From Octopus vulgaris (Eukaryota): a stretch of DNA of 64,000 bases. The stretch spans positions 139,004,001 to 139,068,000 of the forward strand of contig OX597816.1 in NCBI GenBank assembly GCA_951406725.2. The letters are read 5' to 3'. The translations under genes and the position numbers were made by a program. How positions within the stretch are numbered: the stretch's first letter is position 1; each line of letters starts with the position of its first letter. Of the stretch, positions 28,262 through 41,972 are shown piece after piece. Below the pieces are notes generated by a model. It did no database searches, was not told the DNA's origin, and worked only from the letters and a program-made list of their open reading frames with translations.

Positions 28262-29577
28262 AACATGCATACGTATATGTATCCTATTTTCATATTTAAA
28301 TATATGCTTATCTAATTGTATTTACGTACGCATGAACACACCCATGAGAGCGCACACACATATATATGTATATACGTTTGTATTATGTGTGTGTGTATGT
28401 GTGGTGTGTGTGTGTGTGTTTGTCTGTGTGACTCTGTCTGTGTGTATGTATATGTTGAACCGTGTCAGTAACCAGGTTGTAGTTGATGCGACGAAAGCGC
28501 TACCACCAAATAGCATGTTTTACTGAAGTTAATAGTGACCGTGTGTTTTTGAATGGCTAGTATGTGTCTCTCATGCTGTAAATGTTTTCATTTCAACTCA
28601 CCGTTAATAAAAAGAAAACCAAGAAAACGAATGTATGCCATAATGGATGAAACAAAGATTATACTGGATAAACGAATCTTCCCTTCACATCGGGAACGAG
28701 ATTAACATCTCATCGACAACAAATACGAGATATTAGGACTTGACATATTCCATACAGTGAATATCTAGACATTTGTACAACAAACAAAATCCTCTAGACT
28801 CCTAGTTTTCCCACTTTGCGAATGTATATACAATACGACAGACCAAACACGAAGAAAATATTAAAAAATGCAAACTGCAGCTGAACAGGCGATAAAAGCA
28901 TAAAAACATATACAATTTGTCATTCTCTGTGAGTGTTATTCATTGTTATATGAAAATCCCGACGTTGAAAGTTAATTTGACCTTACATCTGCTCGGTAAT
29001 ATGAATAGGGATATTACTGCTAGGACTAGCTAGTATCTGAACCAATTTTACAAAATTATATTTATATGCTGACATCCAAATTACTCAACTTATCTACTTT
29101 AACTCACCATGACTTTGTCATATATACATTTTTTTACTTCTCGATCTTCAGTCGAACACTTTTCTTAAACATTACTTCATTTTAAACAAATTTCATCTCC
29201 TTACAAACATCTTTCTCTGTTGTCAGCGAAAGTAAGCTACAGTTTTATTATATAAACTCTCCAAATTTGCAAGAAAATCCTTTCGCTAAAGTTGTATGTA
29301 CGACTCTCTCCTCCCCACAAAAGTGATTACAGCTACAAAAAATTCCGGAGCGACCGTCAACCGGCATCGCTATTGTACTGACTGTTCCATGGCACATCTA
29401 CTCGGTTAAATCTTTGACATCACCTAAATGCTTGGCTATCACATGACATTAATACATGCGCCTAGCAAAGAACTGATCGAAAAATTCCCTAACTTCACCA
29501 AGTGACTATCTTCGACCAATCAATCTGTAAGCTAAGGGATATTCATCTAAGGCATATTCGTTTCAAATGCACTCTCG

Positions 29578-29730
29578 TGGGAGAGAGTTAGTCGATTACA
29601 TGGAGCCTTAGTACTTAGCTGGTACTTATTATACCAAGGATGAAAAGCAAAGTCAATCTCGGTGGAATTTGATCTCGGAACGTAAAGACAGACGAAACGC
29701 CTCTAAACATTTTTAACCGGCGTGCTAACA
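29578..29730 (-). mobile_element. SINE A/B copy, lacking its extreme 5' end where the adjacent HINE begins
   Basis: ggatgaaaagcaaagtcaatctcggtggaatttgatctcggaacg...ccggcgtgctaac. Confidence 0.75.
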
Positions 29731-29734
29731 ATAA

Positions 29735-30108
29735 GCAAGAGCACTCAGAGAGAACAAACCTCCGCTAAGGCAACACTAACGTCCTCTCAACGCTTAGTCA
29801 GAGATGATTTTTAAAATGAGAATATCTGAAATAAGCTCGATTTCACTCACAAACGAGAATACTAAAAATGAACCCGACCGCTCTCAAAAATTAAGTAAAA
29901 AAGAACAACAGAAAAATAATCCAGAATCTTTGTCTGGTACCGGATCAATCCCCAGATCTATTCAGTTCGTACCAGTCAGGACGCCAAACTTCCCTGAAAG
30001 TTTTATCTGAATCCACCCAGCGGTTCTTGCGATATCATGTCCACAAACAAACAAACAAACAAACACAACTGAAAACAATATCTCCACTTTCGCTAAGGCG
30101 GAAGGAAT
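29735..30108 (-). mobile_element. Helentron-associated (HINE/DINE-1-like) non-autonomous element
   Basis: Subterminal cctccgctaaggc and cgctaaggcggaagg motifs, an internal (AAAC)n microsatellite near the 5' end, a short stem-loop-like ctctctgagtgctc at the 3' end, and TT flanks. Confidence 0.65.
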
Positions 30109-30148
30109 TAATCTTCTTATACATTTTTAGTGCGGTCCCAACCTCTCA

Positions 30149-30277
<129 letters not shown>

Positions 30278-30297
30278 ATCTACACACACACACGTAT

Positions 30298-30372
<75 letters not shown>

Positions 30373-30598
30373 GGTTATGAGCGGTCATAGTGTCAAGAAG
30401 ACCCAAACGTATCAGGTAATGCTGAGTAAGTGCTATAGACAGGCTATTGTTAAGCTCCAGGTTCGGTGATTATGCGAATGGGGAGTCCAACGCAGGTCAT
30501 ATATTAGCGTGCATATACATAAAAAAATTAGTACAATGCGATAAAAATCGACAGAATGAGATAAAAATCCACAGTCTTGGATTTTTTATCTCATTCTG

Positions 30599-30649
<51 letters not shown>

Positions 30650-30650
<1 letters not shown>

Positions 30651-30975
30651 TGACTTGGAAATGGATGCCTGGCGTTCAATCCTTACCGCGTATGGTTTAG
30701 CAGTCCTCACTGTTTGTTTTCAGTTTTGTCTTCAGTGTCCTGTTTTTGTTACCAACTTTGACCCTCCGTAAATCCCAAATTTTATTTTGGTCCACGGGAG
30801 CGACTGTTTTCTGGAAGGTACATCTTGTTGTGAATTGCTCCAAAATGTCGAGTAGGCAAACAGCCGACAACTGATGAAGGGTCGTTCTTTATGTCACTTG
30901 TCTTGTTTTCCATTTGTTTCTTTCGTTGTTCGCATACAAAAGTTTGTCTTTGTATTCCAGGTTTTCGTATTTCGT
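30650..30975 (+). mobile_element. Second copy of the 14560-14850 repeat (probable PLE pseudo-LTR)
   Basis: Direct alignment by eye over about 240 bp. Confidence 0.65.
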
Positions 30976-30976
30976 A

Positions 30977-31135
30977 AAAGCACCCAGTACGCTCTGTAAA
31001 GTGGTTGGCGTTAGGGAGGATATCCAACCGTAGTATCCATGCCCAACAGACATGGAACCCGAGCAGCTCTGCAGCTGGCCAAATCATGTCAAACCGTCCA
31101 ACGTATGCCAGTATAGAAAACGGACATTAAATGAT
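30977..31135 (+). mobile_element. 3' part of the (GAT)n-tailed SINE family
   Basis: gtggttggcgttagggaggatatccaaccgtag...aaaccgtccaac...aacggacattaaatgat. Confidence 0.75.
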
Positions 31136-31291
31136 ATATATATATATAAGGATAAAAATCACGTTAATGATTTTTTATTAAGTAATCAGCATGCTATAAA
31201 AATTTATAGGCAATTAATACGTTTAATTAATAATAATGTACATATGTATATAATTGTATCACGGAAGTTTTGGGTAGTTTTTAAATACACT

Positions 31292-31359
<68 letters not shown>

Positions 31360-33335
31360 TACGTAATATATGCATACATACAGGCATACATACATACATA
31401 CCTACATACATACATACACACACATACATACATATATGCATATATACATACATACATACACACACATACATACATACATACATACATACATACATACATA
31501 CATACATACATACATACATACATACATACATACATAAACTCCTAAGCGTTATACTAATACATCTGTTTGTCTTCTACACCACCTGTCTTCGTCTTTTGTT
31601 TTCTTCGTGAATTCTCCCCATACATACATATGGACATGCATGAAGACAATGAAACAGGTAAAAAAGTAAATAGGCAGCACGATAAAAGTTATCAAAAATA
31701 CATTGAATGGAGTGAAATGATTTAAAAGAAAGAAGACGAGTTTAAAAGTGTTCTAAGACATAATTCAGGGAGAAAATCACAAGAAATAAGGGAAGAAAAA
31801 GAAATAATAAGAAACCGGATAAAAAGGTAGAAGAAATGACAGTGCAAAGACAAATATAATGAAAGATATAGATAAATCAAAGTGAGTGAGAAATAATGTT
31901 TAAAAAAGGAACAGTGTGAGAATGTCCCTGTTAGCCAGAGGGTGTGGATAATTTCATAGAGATAGGGAGGGAGAGAGAGAGAGAGCATTGAGAGAGTGTT
32001 AGAGAAAGGGAGGATGATAAAATGATAGTGGGAAGAAGAAAAGAGAGAAGGACGATACAATGAGACAAATAAGAGTTATTGTTTAGGCTATTACAGAAAT
32101 CACCTAGCACGAAGCAGCCATGACACCGGAAGTGTGTTTATCATGTTTAATAAAGACAGTAACACTGAAATTATCGCAATTTTGTCAGACAATCTAATCT
32201 TTATTATCATCACTGCTGCCTGATCTTAAAAGGTGTCGGAGATGATGAGATAAAGTGAGGATGAGAAAACTGACAAAGCTGATGTGGATAGGGATGACTG
32301 AGACAAAATAACGAAATGAGTGATAAAAAGAAAGAATGTAATAAAGAAACGTACAGTCACTGATGTCATTAGAGTGAGTTGCAGCAAGTAAGAAATGTAA
32401 TGCCATAGTATTCATGCGTTTCCCCTAGTCTTTGTAAATATAAAAGCCAACGTAAAAATAGACTATTCATGTGAAGGAGATGGAAAATTATGACTGGGAA
32501 CCAGACGAATGAAATGAAGAGAGTTATGCAACAAGAAGTACGAAAACAAAAAGAGGGGAACGTCACGGATGGCATTTACTTCCTTACGGAATAAATACAA
32601 GGTGAAATTTTAAAAGACAAGCATGGTGAGATAACTCCTATGACGTGAACAGTAGAATATCTGGGATACATCTTATGAGAAGGCAAAAATCTAAGCCTTT
32701 TGTACTTTTCTATAGGTCACTTGCAAATAATTATTTTCATAGAAGTGTATAACCTCGACAGCCTTTGAAATATCAAACGAAGAAAGCTACTTGAAACACA
32801 TTATGCTGCAGTTGTTTACCCTCGAGTAAGTCCTAATTCAAAACTACCTGTGGTCACAGGCATTCGAGCCTATGGTCATAAGTAGTGTTGGATTGAATAT
32901 AGTGTAATCTTAAATTACATTGTCAAACGTGCCCACTCTTTGTTAAGAAACCTGTTTGATTGAAGATGGTGGTGTTGTTGTTATGGATGTTGACGATGCT
33001 TGCGCGGTTTATGCTGCAGATGTTTCTGATCCTACATTCTTATTATCACGGACATATTAGCTTGATTATCTCTTGAATATCCACTATACTATATCACTGT
33101 CGTTGTTATTGTTGTTCTTGATGTAGTTGTTTCTTTTCCTTTCGTTGATGAGCGTGTTGGTGTTCTTGGTGCTGTTGGTGGTGGTAGTAGTAGTGATAGC
33201 TGTGGTGGTGATCGTATTGATCGCGACTACGATTGTGTAGCTGTAGTTAACTGAGATCTAACTGACATTAAGATCAAATGTGTATTTAAGACTACATTAA
33301 CCAAAATGACTTACAGTTTCAGAAATAGTCTACAG

Positions 33336-33597
33336 CAGTGCTTCTCAAACTATCTGATGTGGTGTACCGGCAGTTTTTTTCCCCAATGTGCCAGGGACCA
33401 GTAATATTTCTTAGTAAATAAAAATTGACATTGCTTTTTTATCTTATATTTATTTTGTTAACAAATAATACAATATTACATAAGCATTTTATAAGCATTT
33501 TATAATGTTTCTTTCTTTCCTGGAAACTCGCTGGTACCGGTAGCTGATGGCTCGCGGACCGGTGCCGGTCCGCACACCAACACTTTAAGTAGCACTG
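33336..33597. mobile_element. hAT (Buster/Charlie-type) MITE, 262 bp, with 8-bp TSD
   Basis: TIRs CAGTGCTTCTCAAA / TTTAAGTAGCACTG. TSD GTCTACAG (33328-33335) / GTCTAGAG (33598-33605) fits the NTCTAGAN preference. Confidence 0.9.
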
Positions 33598-34218
33598 GTC
33601 TAGAGTGACCGAAAATATCTATTTGTGTTATACCCATCGATCAAACAGATCGACCGTAAAGAACATCGCGCGTAAACTCCTAGATATTTGATACTTACGC
33701 GATATTAGCAGGTAATAAATTTAATTTGTGACACTAGTAACAAATCTAATCTTTTGAATATTTTAACTATGTACTGACAATGCACATTATATACATTAGA
33801 AGTCTGAACAAAAGAGAATTATTATTGGATCGAAAGTTTCAGGATTAGGAAACGTAAATAAAGATGTAATAATTAATGATCATAAATTTGCGAAATGCAT
33901 AAACTGAAAAAAGCTCGAGGTTTATCGAAATAGTACAGTTCTATATTTGAGAGATGAGGAATTATGTACGTTATTTACATTATTTATATTTGAGAGATAT
34001 TTGTCCTCATCATTTGTTAACAACAAACAAGATGAGGACAAATATCCGTCAAATGTAAATAATGTAAAAAAGTTTATTGAACTATTAATCCATACAGCGA
34101 CGTACACATAAACAAATACACACAAACGAGCATACGTATTTATAAATGTGAGTATATCATTATGTGTGTGTGTGTGCGCGCGCACACACACTTACACATA
34201 CATACATGCTACCACACA

Positions 34219-34424
34219 TTCTTTTATTTCTTTCAGTCATTTGACTCCGGCCATGCTGGAACAACGCCTTTAGTTGAGCAAATCGACCCCAGGACTTATT
34301 CTTTGTAGGTCTTAGTACTCATTCTATCAGTCTCTTTTGCCGAATCGCTATTTTACTGGGACGTTAACACACCAACATCGGTTGTCAAGCGATGGTGAGG
34401 GACAAACACAGACACACACATACA

Positions 34425-34469
<45 letters not shown>

Positions 34470-34630
34470 GACGGGCTTCTTTCAGTTTCCGTCTACCAAA
34501 TCCACTCACAAGGTTTTGGTCGGCCTGAGGCTATAATACAAGACACTTGCCTACAGTGCCACAGAGTGGAACTGAACCCAGAACCATGTGGTTGGGAAGC
34601 AAGCTCCTTGCCATACAACCACTCCTGCGC
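34219..34630 (-). mobile_element. tRNA/CORE-type SINE with internal microsatellite
   Basis: Near full-length match to 61379-61776. Confidence 0.9.
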
Positions 34631-34999
34631 GTGTATATAAAGATATATATATATATATATACATATATACATACACACACACACACACACATGTACAGAC
34701 ATGGTTAACATCATTAATTAAATAAATATATAAACTTCATGGGTATCTATAAACTATTGCATTTATGTATAAACGAACTCACACACGTGATGGATCTAAG
34801 TAGAACACATTTTGCCTGTATATATATATTTACATGACTTTATGCGTGTGCTTGCGCGTGGGTGTATACGTATGTATATGTATTTAGAGGGAGTGAAAGA
34901 GAGGATGATGGAAAGAAGAAAATTGAAAGAGGATATATACTTATATAAAAATACATAAAAGGCCAATCGTTGTTATTACTTGACTCATTCATCATCGTA

Positions 35000-35300
35000 A
35001 TGAAAGGCTTCATATTATCTAAGAAACTACAGGATGTTATTAAAAGATCATCCTTGCTTTATATAGTAAAGAGCAGCCGCTTGTCTTTATATCATTCTCT
35101 CACATCTCTCTGAACTCGCCCAATCGAATAGGTCATTGACATTCATAGCCAGGCAATGTTATAACTCATATATCAGCAAATAATGTCCTTTATTTCTATT
35201 CTACCTAATTCTTCATTTAAATCCAAAATTAGGCAGCTACGCCAAGACAGTTCCATGGTTTGGACTGTACACATACTTCCTTTGCTGCGTACCGTCTTAT
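35000..35300 (-). pseudogene. Possible decayed Ty3/Gypsy RT N-terminal fragment
   Basis: LDLNEELGRIEIKDII...AW resembles LK.ELDRLE..GII....W. Stops are present. Confidence 0.35.
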
Positions 35301-36101
35301 TTTTCTCGCCCTTTCTCTCTTTCACTTCATACATACATACATACATACATACATACATACATACATACATACATACATACATACATACATACATACATGT
35401 ATACATACATACATACATACATACATACATACATACATTTGTATAAATCTATCTGCATGTCTTTCAGTCTGCCTGACTGTGTGTCTCGATATTTAAATGC
35501 ACCGTGTGTATGTGTGTGTGTGTGTGTGTGCGTGTGTGTGTGTGTGTGCGTGTGTGCGTGTGCTATGTATCATCCTATCTATTAACTACCTGCCCATATA
35601 TGCGCTTATTTTTCTGCGCGAACTCATGTGTGTATGACTGCGCGCGTGCATATGTATACGTTCATTTACTTTAAACTCTCCCTTGTATGGTTTTCTGTTC
35701 AACAATGTTCTGATGTCTTTAATTCAGGAAATCCGAGTGCTTGATTCCATTCCTAAGTATTTCCGGTTCCTTAATCTTGCTTTTATTTGAACGCTATATA
35801 ATTATCAGATAGAAGCTGCAGTTGCTGAGGGAACCACTTATCCATAGCTTCTTTTACACTGATGTAGGGCAAGGTGTACACAGCTAAGACATATATTTCA
35901 TCTTCTCATTCATCTAGCTTTGCAACAAATTCTATAAACAAACTATTCTATGCAGAGTTTACTTTGTCCTCTATACCAGTGCTACTCAAACTGATGGTTC
36001 ACGGACTGGTACCGGTCCGCGAGCCATTAGCTGCCGGTACCGGCGAGTTTCTAGAAAAGAAAGAAACATTATAAAATGCTTATGTAATATTTTGTTATCT
36101 G

Positions 36102-36298
36102 AAGGTGGCGAGCTGGCAGAAACGTTAGCACGCCGGGCGAAATGCTTAGCGGCATTTCGTCTGTCTTTACGTTCTGAGTTCAAATTCTGCCGAGGTTGAC
36201 TTTACCTTTCATCCTTTCAGGGTCGATAATTAGGTTGACCTAATCGACTGGCCCTCTCCCCCAAAATTTCGGGCCCCGTGCCTAGAGTAGAAAAGAAT
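36102..36298 (+). mobile_element. SINE A/B copy nested in the hAT MITE
   Basis: aaggtggcgagctggcagaaacgttagcacgccgggcg...gagttcaaattc...cctagagtagaaaagaat. Confidence 0.92.
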
Positions 36299-36503
36299 AC
36301 TGATGTTGACAGCTACTTAAAGTGCGCATTATCAGGATCACACGTTTTGCTCCGGTCGTAAACCCACCTCTCCTTTCATGATTAACTTATAAACAAAAAG
36401 ATTTGCTTATAAAATAAATATAAAATATAAAATAAATAAACAAAAAATTGTTTATAAAATAAATATAAAATAAAAAAGCTATCAACTTTTATTATATTCA
36501 TTA

Positions 36504-36891
36504 CTAGCAGTATCGCCCGGCGTTGCTCGGGTTTGTAAGGGAAATAACTATATAAGCATTTTTATTGATGTAAAGTATAATAGCCATCTCAATATGGCTA
36601 ACCACAAAGGGGGGTGTTACTGTAGCTTTTTACGTACTGAGATTTAATAATACATTTTTAGAGAGTTACTTCCCTTATATAAACCGAGCGAAAATGCATT
36701 AAAAATACGGAAAATTTATGGTAAATTTTTTTTTAAATCGTAGACTCATCGTAGACGCGCGCAAATACCCAGAAGGGATCGATATGAATCACGATACCCG
36801 GTTTTGGTTAAACTGCACCGCAAAATGTGGGAGTAGTTAGGAATCTAAATCGTCGGAGACAGACACACAACTTGACTTTTATATATAAAGA
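36504..36891 (-). mobile_element. Non-autonomous Helitron
   Basis: Minus-strand 5' TCTTTATATATAA, 3' hairpin CCCGAGCAACGCCGGG then CTAG, inserted between A and T with no TSD. Confidence 0.88.
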
Positions 36892-37191
36892 TATATATTG
36901 TTTCCAGTATAAATTAATATTACTAAGAAATATTATCGGTCCCGGCACATTGGAAAAACCACTGCCAGTACGTCATATCAGATAGTTTGAGAAGCATTGC
37001 TCTATACGTTATTACATCCGCCAGTTTGTACAATTACAGTTTTAAAAGTCATACCCTATATTGCATTGTGCTAGAGTTCAAATCTCCTTGGAATCACACC
37101 ATTATTTAAAATAAAGAACAAAGAACTACATACACAGGCTGAAAAATGTTATAAACATAGAATGCTATGGTCATGGAATATCTTTGACCAA

Positions 37192-37605
37192 GCGCAGGCG
37201 TGTTTGTCAGATAAGAAGCTTGCTTCCCAACCACATGATCCGAGTTCAGTCCCACTGCAACTTGAGTTAGTGTCTTGTACTGTAAACCTCGGGCCGACCA
37301 AAACATTGTGGGTCGATTTGGTAGACGGAAACTGAAAGAAGCCTGTCGTATATATGTGTGTGTGTGTGCGTGTGTGCATGCGCGCGTGTACCTCTGTGCC
37401 TGTACTTGCTCCAACCCCCCTCCACACCGCTTGAGAACACGTGTCGGTGCATTTACGTCCCCGTAACTTAGCAGTTCAGCAAAAGTAACCGTTAGAATAA
37501 GTACCAGGCTCTAAAAAAATGTACAGGTGTCGATTCATTCGACTAAGTTTCTCCAAGGCCGTGCTCCTGCATGGCCGCAGTCTAATGACTGAAGCAAGTA
37601 AAAGA
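37192..37605 (+). mobile_element. tRNA/CORE-type SINE with internal microsatellite
   Basis: gcgcaggcgtg...gagttcagtcccactg...ggtagacggaaactgaaagaagcc...atggccgcagtctaatgactgaagcaagtaaaag. Confidence 0.9.
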
Positions 37606-38626
37606 AGGATATGTCTAGCCAGCGAAGTGCACCTGGGGGTAAACATCACCGTGAACCATAATCAACAAAGCATAGTGAGAAATAATTAAGTAACAATGGA
37701 TTTTCAGATGAAAAAATTGATACAAGAATGTTGGGAACTGCATACAATTAAAGACACGAAATTAGGCACACAAACAAGACACTGTCTTCGTAAAATTATA
37801 TAACTATAAGTTAAATTTTATGTCATGGACTAATTAAATGTATTCTATCTTTTTGCTTATAAGTTAGTCATGAAAGGAGAGGTAGGTTTACGACCAGAGC
37901 AAAACGTGTGATCCTGATAATAATGCGCAACTTGAGTAGCTGTCAACATCAGCAAGAGAAAGAATAAAAATAAATGAAAAATTTTTTAAAAAGTAGCAAA
38001 AAAGGAAAACGTGATCGCAAGAAGAAACCGAAGGTCTGTTCGGCACGTTTACCGTTTACCATGTTTGCTGTTAACCAAGAGGAACCAGGGACCAGAAGTT
38101 GGTGTTCGGCCTACCATCGAAAGGAAAGTTGCCTAAAGATCAGTTCATGATGGTCACCCAAGTGACATATTCAAACGAGCGTTGTCCTCTACGCACGTCA
38201 TATCATCGTATCTCAGGTTCTTTGAAATGTAGGACTCTTTCATCAAAACATCTGCTACTCTATGAAGTTGCTAACCAACAGAATACACTCTGACCTATTT
38301 GTGATTTATTGGTGCTTTATGAGATTTAGAAAACTCTTTGTTACATATTAGGTTTGTCATAAAAGCAAATAAATAAATAACCGACAGCTAATCACGAAGA
38401 TTATATATTATCACTATACATAATTCAACCCACAAAAACAACACATGGTAGATACTTTAAAACGCCGCTATTTATTCTGTTTTATCAATCACCATAATGT
38501 TTTGTACAATGCAGATAAGAATCAACACTGAAATAACATACAAATAGCGTGAACAAAAGTTTGTCATTTTAAAGATGGCCACTGTGATGATAAGGTCATA
38601 TGACATCGACCAGCTGATAATATGTA

Positions 38627-39178
38627 CAATAACACCTCGATATACGAGTTACTTTGTTCACGGAGATCGCTGGTAAAGGAAAACTCGTAAATCAGAGCAA
38701 TAATTTACCATAATAGTCATGTTATAGATCGTAATCCATTTCTAGAAAAATATTTTACCAATAAAATTTATAAATAAATGGCAATAAAACAACAGTAGAA
38801 TGTAAAGAATAACTTTATGCAAAGTAACAAGAATGTCAAGATCATTTATAATGAAAATTATTATTATTATAATCGCTTTCTGAATCACTTTCACTCGCAC
38901 CAGACCCGCGCACGCCATCGTTTGTAGACTTGATCACCGATTCCCTGGCACTGGTAGATGGACTCACTGGTTTCTTTGTAAAAAACAAATCTGGAGTTGT
39001 TTGCTTAGAAGCTTTTTTTTTTTTTCGCACGATAAATTTCTCGGTAACACGCAGAAGCATTTGTTATGGTAGTAGAAACATTTGCACTTCGTTCAAAATT
39101 TGGATTTTTGTGCTTGAAAAATAAAACTCGTAAATCCGGGGTCTCGTAAGCGGGTCCTCGTAAAGAGAGGTGTTACTG
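38627..39178 (-). mobile_element. Tigger/pogo-type MITE (internal deletion derivative)
   Basis: TIRs CAATAACACCTCGATATACGAG / CTCGTAAAGAGAGGTGTTACTG with TA on both sides. The residual KQTTPDLFF matches the Tigger C-terminal KQTTLDxFF motif. Confidence 0.88.
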
Positions 39179-39735
39179 TATATATTCGGTAGAAGAACAA
39201 AGTAAATTTATAAGAAATATGAACAACAAAATATCATCAATTCCAGAACAAAATTAATGTTTCTAATAAGATATATCTCAAGAGTGTTTGCGTGTGTTTA
39301 TTGATGTATCTTATTTGTGTGGGTGTTTGTAGTGTATGTGTGTGTGTGTGTGTGTGTGTGCGTTTGCATATTTCATGTAGTATGTGTCTTCCATGTATCC
39401 ATATATGTCTATCTTACTTGCATCTGTGTGCGTACTTGTGTGAGTACGCGCGCGCGTATGTGTGTGTGTGCGTGCCTGGTTGTATATCTTCTCAAAAATT
39501 TCGCATTATATAGAAATTCGAAATAAACGTCAAGTGTAAAGAAACCAAAGTGTTCCTTTTTCTTTGCCTCTTCCCCCCATCTCTCTCTCCCTTTTCCGTT
39601 CTATTTCCATCTCACAATGTTTCTCTTTCTCACTCCCTTTATCACACTCACACTTAACCTAAATCTCTCTCCCTTGCCCTCTCCTTCCATACACATATAC
39701 ATACATACAATCATATTTATATACACAAATATATT

Positions 39736-39789
<54 letters not shown>

Positions 39790-39894
39790 ATGTGTGTGCA
39801 TGTGTGTGTATATGTGTGTGTATGTGTGTATGTATATCTTCCATTCTCTCTCCCACGTCTTCACATTCTCTATGTTCATCTCCCGCATAGACAC

Positions 39895-39951
<57 letters not shown>

Positions 39952-40326
39952 CATACATACATGCACACATGCACGCACACATGCACGCACACACACGCTT
40001 GTTCAATAACTCTTACTCTCCCTCTCATACACTACATTAATCTCTCGTCTTTCTTTTTTTTTTCTCATTCTACTATTCCTCAATCCCTACCCCACAACCA
40101 CCCTCCGAATTCGCCTTCATCTCACCCCCAACGCCTCCCACCTTTTTTGCTTTTTTCCGCTCCTTTTACACTTCAGTCTTTCCCTCCCCATCTTCACTCC
40201 TGCTCTTCTTGCCCTCCCCCCTCAATTCATAATCTTCTCTTCTCACACCCTTCCCCAAACCCGCTTCACACATACACATTCTTCCATACTGCTACCTTTA
40301 CCTGTTTCACACACATACACACACAC

Positions 40327-40357
<31 letters not shown>

Positions 40358-40619
40358 CATACACACATACACACACGTATTCTCAAGGATTATGTTTACA
40401 GCAATAAACCATCTTAATACTACTGTAAGACGTTGATAAAAACAAAACAAAACAAAATAAATAACTATATACAAAAACCTAGTCCCAGACAACCCCCTCT
40501 TCGTGCTCACACTTATATATACACTTACGCACTTACGTATACACTTACATATACACTTACACACTTACAATAGAGGAAGTGGTAGATCAGTTGTGTTAGA
40601 TATGAGATGTTGAAGTTGT

Positions 40620-40950
40620 GCTTATGATGTTGGTGATCATGGGAGTATGGCGAAAGCGGTTGTAGCTATAAGTTAGTAGCATTGGTTGTGGTGGTGGTGA
40701 TAGTAGTGATGGTGGTGGTAATGGTGGTGTTGGTGTGCTCGTGGTGTTGGTGGTGGCGGTGGCGGTGGTGGTAGTGATGGTGGGGTTGTAGTGGTGAGGT
40801 GGTAGTAGTAGTAGTAGTGGTGGTGGTGGTGGTAGTTGGTGTAATAGTGATGACAGTGGTGATGGTAGTACTAGTAGCAGTGGTAGTAGTGATAGCATAG
40901 CGGGGTGGGGGCAGCGGTGGCAGTAGTAGTAGTAGGAGGAGGAGGAGAAG

Positions 40951-41005
<55 letters not shown>

Positions 41006-41040
41006 TTTTGTAGTAGTAGTAGTAGTAGTAGTTGTTGATG
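40620..41040. repeat. (GGT)n/(GTA)n low-complexity tract
   Basis: Direct reading. Confidence 0.9.
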
Positions 41041-41876
41041 TTATTTTCGTTATCATTTTACGTCCCCAGGTCGACATTTCATCCGTGACCACCATTTCGA
41101 GAAACTACAATGTCCAATGTATCGCTTCCTTAAGATCGCAAGATGGGAATGTTGATGGATATTTGGCGACTACTTTTAGCAGCCAAATACAGACCACAAA
41201 CTATACTGCCGCGAAAACGACCAAATAGTATAATGTAGAAGGTTGTCATTGTTCTTACAGTTTGTTCTTGCTGTTGGCAATTAGTCCGAGGATAGCTCTG
41301 AGATGAATCGACCAACGATCAAAATTAATCGATCTGTGAAGCTCAGTTTTTGCTTCTGATTTATTTTATGTTGCTTCTGTGTTTTTCAAACATCCCGATC
41401 AACGTTACTTGAGGCATGGTATTATTTAGTTTGAGGGAGAAATAGTGGCTATTTCTAGCAGATTGGTGAGCTACAGCGGTGCGCTCGCTGTTCGTGGAAT
41501 CTAAGTATATACGTATTATGTACACATTAACGGCAAATAGTAAAACACACACAAACACATACACAAACACACACTCGCAGACACATTATTGATAAAGGAC
41601 AATTACCATAGAGTGACTCAAGGGCCCACAGTTTTGGGTATGAAACTCATGTTTTGTATTCTCTTTTCTTGTTTCAATCACCAAGCCTACATATACATAC
41701 ATACATACATACATACATACATACATACATACATACATACATGCATGCATATATACATATAGACCCATCCGATGAGATGCCAGGAAGCTGTGAAAATCAA
41801 ATTTGTATATATATATATATCTTTACATACGTAATTTACCTATATATACATATATGCACAAACACATACACATGCA

Positions 41877-41972
<96 letters not shown>

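Larger units (their letters stand above)
35977..36999. mobile_element. Second copy of the hAT MITE (opposite orientation), expanded by three nested insertions
   Basis: TIRs CAGTGCTACTCAAA / TTTGAGAAGCATTG and a perfect TSD CTCTATAC (35969-35976, 37000-37007). Interior pieces match the reverse complement of 33336-33597. Confidence 0.9.
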
